DNA of 64,000 nt from Marsupella aquatica (lineage: Eukaryota; Plantae; Marchantiophyta). Positions within the stretch are counted from its first letter, which is position 1, and each line of letters starts with the position of its first letter. The stretch lies in assembly GCA_973895155.1 (NCBI GenBank), contig OZ316891.1, positions 30,883,112 to 30,947,111 of the forward strand. Reading direction: 5' to 3'. This document shows, in pieces, positions 38,801 through 49,165 of this stretch. The notes below the pieces were generated by a model. The model was given only the letters and a program-made list of their open reading frames with translations. It was not told the DNA's origin and made no database searches. Both the position numbers and the translations under genes were made by a program.

Positions 38801-39260
38801 GACGTCTAGGTGTTGTGGACATTTACCACGGTGGGAAGAGAGGAAGGAGGACTATGGCTTTGAGGACAACACAAACAAGAGAACAAGCAGCTTCGTCTCA
38901 AATAATTACTAATATGGTAAGTTCTATATTTTTTTGTTTGTTCCAATTTCTGTTCTGTCCCGTATGAAAAACCAAATAATTGAAGAGCGGTAACTTAGCA
39001 ACTTTCTTGAATGGCAGGAGGAGGATGGCACAACACCATGTAAACTACCATCCAAGCGCAAAGTGGTTCGGGAATCTATCAGGCAGCATCTGAGTAGGTT
39101 AGGCAAGGAATTTAAGGACGGTAGGCGGCGACATAGGACAGCAAATCAGTTCACTCCACCACTTCCTGCTTGTGTCATGCACCTTGGAGGTGGTGCTAGG
39201 GATGTGGACATAAACACCAATATTGACCTCAATGTATCCCTTCATGAGGAGGCTTCATGA
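35734..39260 (+). pseudogene. MULE transposase with SWIM zinc finger (At1g60560/At4g13970-like), intron-containing, inactivated
   Basis: LALDSTFAINKYG (D1), FIIDSAQAE (D2), LCSWHVRR (CxxH), TNGAIEAW (E), SWIM CCC-x7-CKH; in-frame TAG stops at 36877-36879 and 38216-38218; GT-AG introns (e.g. 36922-37103). Confidence 0.9.
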
Positions 39261-39489
39261 TAATGAAATTTGGTGCTCAGTGACCACACAACACTGCTTA
39301 TAAAGACCCTTTTAAAAGTAACTATAAGTTACCTAGCTATTGACTAAACTCATTGATCTTAGGCATACTTCACATCTTGTGTGTGCAAATAAGTGGACAC
39401 TAGAATAGTCACATAAATGCAAGTGTATTTCTCATTAGTTGAATGTGAGGAGGACAATGACCGTCAAAGTCTACAAAGAATTTTCATAT

Positions 39490-39890
39490 GCCAGAACAAT
39501 CACACAAACACAAGAAACAATCATGGGTCACAAACGCGGGGCTGCCAGAACACTAAAACAAGTGCAACAGTACCCTTATACTTGCGCAAACACGGGGTTG
39601 CCAAAAGAGTCACATGAAGATGACAGCCCTTATATCTGGGCAATCGCAGGGCTGCCAGAATAGTCACACGAACACAAAAACCTGTGTAGCTAGGAAAACA
39701 CGGGGTTACCAGAACAATCACACAAAGACGACAACCCTTATATCTGGGCAATCGCAGGGCTGCCAGAACAGTCACATGAACACGTACGACAACTCTTGTA
39801 TTGGGCAAATGCACGGCTACCAAAACAGTCACACAAATGTATAAAATGTAGTGGTGCAAAAGAACAATTGCTAGAACAGTCACACAAATT
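39490..39890. repeat. Tandem ~55-60-bp repeat between the two MULE genes
   Basis: Recurrent GGGCTGCCAGAACA(A/G)TCACAC motif, about 7 units. Confidence 0.8.
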
Positions 39891-40079
39891 TGGCGATGTA
39901 TCACGACAATTCATTGCAAGCTGGAGAGTGAATGTACAAAGAGCAAAGTGCTTTCACACTATTTGGTTTCTTTTGATGTGTAAATAACTTCATTTGCTAC
40001 TATATAGATAGTTGCCAAGAGGCAGGCATAGTTACATTGGACATGGTTCAACCATGACATTTCCATTGATGTCTATGTC

Positions 40080-43059
40080 TAGTGGGCTCTATACTTCCCT
40101 ACCTGAACAGGCAAAGAATCCAATTCCAGGGGTGGGAATTATTGGCAGTCAGTCATGGGTCCAATGGTCTCAACTGTGACATTCTTGTCTGACTGAAGCT
40201 GAAGGGCTCTAAGCTAAATTCTGGTGGTTGTTAACAAGTCCCAATGGCGAGGGGCAATGGGGATGCCATCTGGTCCAACCCAGCAATATGGAGATGGCGG
40301 CCATGGATGAGCATTGTCAATTGCCGGAAAAGGTACCGCTATCTTCCTACAGAGCATAACAGAAAGTGTAATTAGCAAAGTCCTCTTGCCTACATCATAC
40401 CTATATTCAGAGGGAGAGAATGGTTGGCAAGGCACTGTTACCTTGTGTGGTAAACCCATAGGAAAACTTGGAGTTGTGTGTAGGACTTCCGCCTCTTTGC
40501 GTGTAGTGGTAGCCAGACTTGTTTGCCATTTTTGGCTGATATATTGTAGCTTTCAATGAAGGGGATGCCCTGCCCATCAATACCAACTACAGAATTGGGC
40601 AAAGCGGGGACAACATGCAATAAATTTTCTGCTGCATGGGTTAGCAGGAGACCTAATTCAGCCTTCCACCTGATCATACCCCATGACTCATTGGAACTTG
40701 GCGGTGTGATGGTCGGGAGCAATCCTACCAGAACAGTGACGAGAACAATAGTAAGTTGAATTCATTCCACAAATCCACAGAAAATGTAGTAAGTAAAAGT
40801 GAAACGACCATCAGTCCTCCCTGAAGTCCTCTTATCTTACCTCCAATAGTGGCAAGAACCTTGAACTTCTCTGGGATTTTTGTCCTTGATCCCTTTTTCC
40901 TGGTTGTTGGCTTCTTCTTGAGCCTTTTTTTCTCTACGGAAGGAGTACCCTGCAACACAGAACAGTAATCCATAAAGAGTCAAAATTGCCTATCATGTAT
41001 ATAAATAGGAGCAAACAATATTAAAATTGACAATGCCCCTAAATTTCAATGATATTGCAAGTCATAGTGACTGAACTGCAATTAACTTAGGGTGTTAGCA
41101 CACTGAACTTACTACACATAACCAACTTACTACACATAAGAAATTGAATTGAAATAAAGAGTGTTACCAGACAAAATTGAAATAAATTGTACAGTGCTAG
41201 CAAGTGCCCATACCTTAGTAGTAGACGGCACATTTGTGGCTTGTGTGTTTTCAATATCCTCTTAATGCTCTGTACTAGTGTGTACTCCAGAGGTTTCACT
41301 GCCTCCGTCTGGTTCTTGCTCTTTTGTGCCTCCACCTTCATTTTCGTAGGATTCTTGATCATCTGGGAATCTAGTTTCATTTTCAATGTAGTTTGCTTGT
41401 TCAGTGGCTTGTTCGGAGCCTGATTCAGTGCCTTGGTCTCTTGCTTCGTTGCCTTCATGTTCAAAGGCGGATTCTTCATTGTTGGCTTGATTTTTGGCAT
41501 ATTCGTTCTGCAGGACTTCTTGTTCTTCTTCATCACCACTACCTGAGTGTTTCTCTCCTTCATGACTATCTTCATGTGAAGGCTCTGTTCCATGGCTGAT
41601 AGTGTTGGGGTCTTCTTCCGTAGCTTCCAAGACTTCCTTGTCCAACACTTCCTACCGACCAGAACAGCAATAAAAACAAACAAGTATGAATTGTCGGAAG
41701 AGAAAGCTTGCAAACTAGAACAACAATAGAAACAAACAAGTATGAATTTTCAAAAGAGAAAGCTTGCAAACCAGAACAACAATAGAAACCAACAAGTGTG
41801 AATTTTCAAAAGAGAAAAGCTTGCAAACCAGAAGAACAATAAAAACAAACAAGTACAAATCGTCGAAAGAGAAAGCTTGTGAAATGGTACCTCAGCAACA
41901 ACCATCTTCTTTTGTTTCTCCCTCTGGGTGGGTTTGTCATTGTTACGAGCTTCCCTTCTTTTTGCTCTTTCTTCTCGGTCAGGTTGAACTTCTACCTGCT
42001 GCTCCTTTGCATGCATTGCTTTTTTCTTGCTCTTGGATGTAGGCTTTGTTGGGGGGTTTTCTGTTTCACGAGATGGCTTCCCCTTAGCCTTCTGGTTCTG
42101 GTTCTGTTTCTTTTTTGGCTTCTGTATGGGTTTTTCTATTACCTTTCGTGAGTGGAAGACATACTTCTCAGTTTGAAAATTGGTTTGCTGCAAGTTGCAT
42201 TCAGGCATTCCATCATTGCTGCTCCAATCTTCGAGTTCACATTCCGGCAAACAGGCCTAACATGCAATCATTTGAAAATTCAGATCACAAGAAAGTTATG
42301 GCAGAACAGAGACACAAACAAACAAGTAATCATGTATGAGGCAGAGCAATTTGGTAAGCGACAAACCTTAGCACGCATCTCCTCAGGATCAATGTCAGGA
42401 CTATGCTTATTCCAAAATGCCAGTGTGTTGTCCCTAACACTAGACAATGTGCTTGTGAAGGCAGCTGATCACCTCCAGTGTTGGTACCTTTCTGTTGCCT
42501 TCTTAACTATCCATTCGGTTTCATCCCCCTCGTGGTTGATCTTCAAATTATGTGCCCAGCGTAACCACCATGTCAACTTCTGCCTCTTTTGCTTCCACAC
42601 CCGTCCACGAAATGACGCAAGTGTTGATTCTCTATTATGTTCAATCGCTGCTGTACTTGGTGGATTCCTGAACATTTGCATGCCAGAACAGTGAACATGA
42701 CACAAAACATCACATAAATGCTGTCATGGCAGAATAGTCACATATAATGCAAATAAAGTTACACACCTTTGTCGGGCTGAGGTCTTCGGACGACCTTTCT
42801 TACATTCTCTTGGGTTCATGCGATGTAAGGATTGCATGTGATCCAGGAAGGAGGTTCTTCGGATGAAATGTGTACAACTATCATCAGTCATCACCTTCCA
42901 AACATAACCAGATCCTGAAGTTCTGAGAAAGGAAGGGTTTTTCTGCCAGACCCAATGCACATTCTCTTGTGCCTCAGGAAATTGTGCCCATACTTCAGGT
43001 GGTGGGACAGGCAACTTGCTTTTCCTAGCCTGACTTGAAAATGACCGAGGCATGGTCAC
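40080..43059 (-). pseudogene. Second, convergent MULE gene of unknown family (multi-exon, disrupted)
   Basis: Chain of minus-strand exon-like frames with GT/AG ends (43059-42767, ~42690-42367, ~42250-41891, ~41650-41214, ~40950 onward); KKGRPK AT-hook-like motif, Lys-rich and acidic tracts; in-frame stops. Confidence 0.6.
41660..41880. repeat. ~59-bp tandem repeat (about 4 copies) in an intron of the second MULE gene
   Basis: CCAGAACAACAATAGAAACAAACAAGTATGAATTTTCAAAAGAGAAAGCTTGCAAA repeated. Confidence 0.88.
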
Positions 43060-43576
43060 AACACTATAAAATCGTCGAGATCATACTCACTGCAGAATGA
43101 GCAACTTGGTGTCATAATCCAGAACGGTAACACAAACAAAGAGTTTAGAGTTTAACTTTTATGAAAAATGATGATAACATGGCGCAAGTTGCAAGCTCAG
43201 TGGGGAACCTTCCGGCCCCGCTTCTGCCACAAGATCTAATCAAGAAGAGCATGGGGATGGTTGTCTCAAAGAAACACACCGTCATCGTCGTTGCAAGGGG
43301 CAGTGTTGCACCAATCTCTGCTTTCCAGCCGCACAATTGTCGAAACCCAAAAGAGCTCAAGTCTATGGAAAATTGAGGAAGTTACTGTCACAAAACCAGA
43401 ACAGTAACACAAATAGAGAGTTTAGAGTTTAGGTTTAGGAAGAACGACAATTGCATACCGCAAGTTGCAAGCTCAAACAGGGGACCTTATGCCCCACGCC
43501 ACAAAATGCAAGTCAACATTGCATAAGAAACACAGACTGACAAACTTTCTCATCAAACACAGAGTCTCTGCAGGTG

Positions 43577-44472
43577 TCAGTCAAGCGTTCCCAAGGAATG
43601 ATAGCTTGATTAAGAGTCCAAACAAGTGACAATGCGGAGAACTTCCTAGGAGGTGGGTCCTGAATCACGCCCCCTATCATGTCCATTACAACTAGGGTAC
43701 GTCACATCCAATACCTGTGTGGGATTGGTAGAACGACTACACAAACACCATTGTTCTAACACATTTTACATGGAAAGAGATGACGGAGGCAATCTGTCCC
43801 ACGATCAATGCTCCTCAATAGTGATAGGGTCCACACATGCAAAAAGTGCACTGCAACACGTTGCCACTAACCTGATCTTGATCTTCTCTTGCTTGGGGTA
43901 GAGGCGCCAAGTACAGAACGCTAAACATTACTGAGGTGCTTAGTGAAACAAATTAGAACCTAATACGGAAGACATTGTTAACATAATCCGTGGTGAAGAA
44001 AAAGTAAAAACATATATGCACAGTGGAAAAACTCAATCTTAACTGAAAAGGCCGAATCGCATTTGATAGTGCGCGTGGGAGACAAGAAACAAGAGCTCAA
44101 GACTATGCAAACTTTGGGCAGAACACTCGCACGCGCTAGAAAATGATATGACGACAGAACGCACAACGCTGCACATCGAGTATTTCCAGTAGCGGGACCA
44201 CAATGAAATAACTGAGAATGAGAACATGTGACAAAAATAGAGGGGGACTGGAGGCCGGGTAAGCTTGTCCCACGCCCTAAAGGCCATGAAATTTGAAATG
44301 GACGGAAATTTTCTGTCCGTCGCCGATCGGGGCTAATACGTTTCAAGTGCGCCAGAACGGTGATTGACAGACGCGCGGGCTTGCGGGCGCAGCATTGGGA
44401 TTAGTGACGGGTAGGGTACGGGGCCCCAAGAAGGCTGGGGAGCCTTAATGCGGTGTTGATTTAACCCGATGT
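43577..44472 (-). repeat. Right TIR of the MULE (~0.9 kb)
   Basis: Reverse complement of the left TIR, including the first ~36 transposase codons. Confidence 0.93.
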
Positions 44473-46447
44473 TCATTCCTGGCATTCCCCTCTATTTATT
44501 GCTTGGAAAACGTGTCACTCTTTATTTCACACCAAATATAATATAATTCTAGTTTATTCCTTCTCTTGGTGAGCTTCTTTAATTTTTGTGCCCTTCAAAT
44601 TCAAATGACGACCACCCTATAAAAAGGCGCAACTGTTTATTATAGAAGTTAATTGTTCTCAGAGCAAAACGTGGTGAATCTAGGCTACCAAAGTAGCCAA
44701 AAGTACTAGAAACAAAATAAGAAAGTGGACAAAAATGATTGTTTTGTGATACCAAAAATTCTAGTACTAACAGTGGAGGTTTTACCCATCCCCTCTCTAC
44801 TGAAATGGATGAAATGGATTTGAACCCCATGGGACACTGAGGGGAAAGGGCTCACAACTCCATGGGACTGCAACTGCTGCCCACTATTCTATTTAGGGAA
44901 ATTGGGATAGAGTCGCAGAACTCGACCACCCTGCTACTTACCTCCGGCGTCGCTGACTCCGTCGCCAAACTCCTCTATGGTCCAGGCCTCCGGAACAGTC
45001 ATCCAATGGGGACTAAGTACGGGGACACTAGTGGTTAATGAAGCATTGCACTAGCAAAGGCAGTTGATAACGCACACTAAAGACTTAGACTAGCATTGGG
45101 AGCTGGTTGGGTCATGGGAAGGGTCGAATTCAAGGTGGACCATCCGGAACCCTAGACGGACATTGAATTATGAGGGCTTAAGTGAAAGCTCCTCTTGGGG
45201 CCAAGGCCAAAGAAGTTTACTTCGTGCGCAACGGACGATTGGTGCATGAGATATGGGGAGGCGCAATGTAGCCGTCCAGGACCCCCAATTGACGATGGGT
45301 TTGGAGAGCTCAATCACGAGCACTGGGTTTGGCCCAATCATAATGGGCTAAGACACTTCACTTATAGCCATCTAACTAGAAAGTTATGGACATAACAAAT
45401 TAGGTGTGTGTCCATGCAATTATGTACTACCAAATTCTCGATCATCACATGAAAATCAAAACTTCACCAGTTTCTAATATGATTTATGAATAGGATAATG
45501 TCCTGGTTAGAGGGCATTATGAGATATAATGCCCTGAAAAATGAGGGCGGCAGCCCAAGTTTTGAGGGCATTATTCTCATAATGCCAGTAACTAGAACAT
45601 TAATGTGCATAAAAATTTGAGTGAGTTTTGGGTAACAAACAAGAAAAAGTGAATCTAATAGAAAATCCAAGTAAAAAGGCCTACAATTGGCCAAAGGCAT
45701 GAAAGAAGTTAAAAAACAAATCTTGTGATTTTGATACAAGTTATTATGTTATTTTATTTGGTAACACTATATTTGGGTTTTACCTTTTCTATTTTTGTGA
45801 TATTTCACATAATGTACTCCTCAAAAGAAAGGAGTCTGAATGCAAAATTAATGCACTCAAAAATACAAAGAGAAAAATCATAAAATTCTTTATTGTCATG
45901 GAATTAGATTAATCTTCTTGGTAAAAAGTTTATGAAAAAATTATAGCCATTTGTTTATGTCCAAAACCCGTCACCCCTAACTTAAACTTTTAGACTCATT
46001 ACTAGTAATAAGGCATCCGTAACTGTGAAAGGCATCCCCATCCACTGTATGTTCAGGCAATTCAAAATCTGTTAAAACATTACTATGCAGGTGGATCCTG
46101 TTGTAGGGTGCTCAACGGACAGCTGACCACATCCACGGACAGCATTAGCCGCGCAAGAACGGGAGGAGATCCACGGGGTACAGCACATTATTATCTAATC
46201 AACCACGAGTAAGAATCCTGCAGCAGTAAACACGCGAAGTCCGTTATTGGCCGGTAAGCGTCGGAACTTCGCTTGCCGGCGAGTAGGGATGTTTAATCCC
46301 GGTGACGGACTTGTAGTTTCCCGCCCACCGGGGTTCCTGTTCGTACTGGCGAGGTTCCTGTTCGTTCATGTGCACCGCGCCTTTTTCTTCCGTTACGGGA
46401 ATTTGCTTTCACGCCCGTTGTGAGTCGCTTTGGAACGACGATCGACC

Positions 46448-46640
46448 TTCAACATTTGGTTGTGAGACATATTGGAAATACTCCTCCTGCTCGACGTTCA
46501 ACATTTGGTTGTGAAACATATTGGAAACAGGCTCCTGCTCGACGTTCAACATTTGGTTGTGAAACATATTGGAAACAGGCTCCTGTTCGACTTTCAACAT
46601 TTGGTTGTGAGACATATTGGAAACACGCTCCTGCTCGACT
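46448..46640. repeat. Tandem repeat, 4 x 48 bp
   Basis: TTCAACATTTGGTTGTGARACATATTGGAAACAGGCTCCTGCTCGAC repeated, no unique spacers. Confidence 0.93.
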
Positions 46641-47801
46641 CGAAGCATTGGAATTCCGTTTCAGTCTACCGTTAGTTTGCGAGGGCATTGGAGTGCCGAT
46701 CTTTCGAACGATTTAACGACCTCCTTCACGATTCGGTTGGGAGGCATTTTGGGACGCTGCTGCTGGGATTGAAGCTATTTTGATCCTGTCTTGGTCTTTC
46801 GGTCTACGGATTTGTGCTGGTTTTGAGACATTTGGACGAAGCTGGACGTGAAGCATTGCGGCTTGAAGTAGGTTTGTCTTTGACCGTCGCCAATTGAGTT
46901 TGAGGGCATTCCATGGCGAAGGAGAACGTGAATGAGGCCCAGAGCGAGGCTAATGCAGCGGCACAGTCGCCGCTCTTGAAATCGCCATTGAAAGAGGCGC
47001 AGGTAAGAAGATTTTATTTCCTTGTGACTTCAATTTGGCCGTAGGTAGGAAGACCCGAATGAGTTGCAGTGTAGTTTTGCTCTTGCGTCGTCTTCGTGGT
47101 CGGTTTCGTACGCGTGACATGGCTTTTGTAGCAGGAGTATCTTGAGGAATAAGACTGTGGTCGACATTGTATGTCCGAATTTCTATGTGCGTGTGAGAAA
47201 GAAATTGAAGCCCACGAGTGAACGGTTTAAGGTTGCGGCTGTTTGAAAAGTCACGTCGAAAATGAGTGATGAGGTGCCATACGTTGATTAATAGAGGTGC
47301 CTGCAATTCTTTGATGCTTCTCCAACTGATTGCGGATATAAGTCGGATGCGTACAAACTGCCACATATCTCTTGCTCACCATTATTAAGAGATTCCTCTC
47401 CTTTCCTCCTTCTGCCATGGAAGTGTCTTGTGGTCATGGTGTCTCCTATGTCTATGATGTGTCCGAAGCCCGTGGGCGCCATGCTACTGTGGTTGGAACA
47501 TTCCTTACTTGCTGAAGAAGTCCTACTCTAAGTTTTGGATTCGATTAACGACATTTCGAAGGAGTGCTTGGAGTTTGAACTTGTACAACATGCCATCTGT
47601 GTCCATGACAGTTAGCGATTGTCAGGAATCTCGCCTTTGCTGATTGTTCCATCGTTCGTTCATTTGTTCACTGTCTTCCTCATTCCGCTGTGTCACTTGT
47701 ACCGGACGCGAATTGTTCGCTGATTATTCCATCGATTCTTTCATTTGTTCACTGTCTACCTCATTCCCCTGTATCACTTATACCGGATGCAAATTGTGCA
47801 G

Positions 47802-49165
47802 ATGGACGATAATAAAGAGAACCAGGCCGTTGATAACAATAACGCGAGTGAGACTGAGAAATCGGACACAAAACCGGAGGTGCCACCTTCTGCAGACATC
47901 GACAAAGTTACCTCCGTGAGTCTTTCACTCATACATTGCGTTTGTACGGAATATCTAAATAATTTCTCTACCTTGAATAGTATCAGCTGTTATTACTATC
48001 AGACTGAATTTCGGCTAAAATGTCTTTGATGGTCGCTCGCTTAGGTTTTAATCTGAGGAAGAATGCCCTTCATCTAATTTTCTGTGTCTCCGTCTCTACA
48101 GGATTTGCTCCAGTCCAGGACCGATCTCCTCGGCCGTGTTCAAAATCTTAAGAAGGTAAGAGTGACTCCCCGAAAACTTAGTGCTCGGTATAATGTTTCT
48201 GTTCCCTCTGAGAGCAATTCAATTCTCTGCGGGATAGTGCTTGCAGAAGTATAGGATTCCCGGTAATAAGCAATCGTCGTAATATTTCGATGCGAATGTA
48301 TTGGACTCGTCTGCCGTTTGCCCGGTCAATGCAAGACAGTCTGCATGCTCTGAAAATTGGCAATGTCGGTCTTCCAGGATCTCCAGGATTGGAGAGGCAA
48401 GCTAGACTCTCAGGTGAAAACGTATCGCCAGGTCCGATATCTCTACCTCCTTGTACTTCATTTGCATGAAAGGCATGATAAATTGAACTTTCGGCTTCTA
48501 CTAATTTGAGTCAGTGACCCTAGTCATGTGGCATTCTGCCATTTCATGCCAAACTTTTGCTTCTTGTCTTGAGAAAACTCATTTTCGCTTTGCGCAGGAA
48601 CTCGGAGAATTACGATCTACACTCAACTCCGAAGTCGAGCAACTGAGAAATGTAGGTCTTTCAGCAAAATTGACTTTCGATTGCTCTGTTTTCCTCGCAA
48701 AGTTGTGCTTCCATCATCGTCTCCCAGTTTTGGTTGGACTAATAGGGAGATTGCAGTCTCCCCAGTTGAAAAGGTAGGAATAGGTCTCTCGTTGGTGAAG
48801 TACACACCTTTAATGAGTGACCCTTGTGTGTTCTCTTCTTGAGGTTGCTTCCAAATCCGTCTACGATGCATTTACATTGTATCTGTATTATCCATCATTC
48901 AGGAATTTCAAGCCTTGAGGACCACACTGAAAAAGCAACTGGATGCCACCAATAGCCTTGCGGAACTGGTATGTTGTAAAGCTGCAATTACTTGGTTGGT
49001 CTGGTTGAATTTTGACTAGACTCTGCATTTTTCGATCATTTGGTCGCTTGGCACGTGTCACGGTCGAAGTGACCCCCACTCTAGAATCTGAGGAAGATGT
49101 TCTCACTTTCCTACTTGTTTATGTGGCAGGGACCGAGCTCGTCGCCAGAGAAAGCGTCCGTGTGA
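47802..49165 (+). CDS. Small coiled-coil protein of unknown function, 125 aa; exons 47802-47915, 48102-48155, 48378-48431, 48598-48651, 48903-48968, 49130-49165
   Basis: All GT-AG phase-0 introns give an open frame MDDNKENQ...DLLQSRTDLLGRVQNLKK-DLQDWRGKLDSQVKTYRQ-ELGELRSTLNSEVEQLRN-EFQALRTTLKKQL...SV*; resembles a conserved uncharacterised plant family (from memory). Confidence 0.88.

Larger units (their letters stand above)
34647..44472 (+). mobile_element. Mutator-like (MULE) DNA transposon, ~9.8 kb, with ~0.9-kb TIRs and two convergent genes
   Basis: TIRs 34647-~35843 (with a nested insert) and ~43577-44472, ends ACACAGGGTTAAATCAAC...GTTGATTTAACCCGATGT; 8-bp direct repeat TCATTCCT at 34639-34646 and 44473-44480; MULE DDE and SWIM transposase inside. 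Confidence 0.93.

Noticed and set aside
44810-44885. B-box-like GGTTCAAATCC on the minus strand (tRNA or SINE)
   Set aside because: No cloverleaf or convincing A-box
45998-46020. ATTACTAGTAAT palindrome as a Helitron end
   Set aside because: No adjacent GC-rich hairpin; insufficient support
46448-46640. CRISPR-like array
   Set aside because: Head-to-tail 48-bp units with no unique spacers, no cas genes and a eukaryotic context; it is a minisatellite
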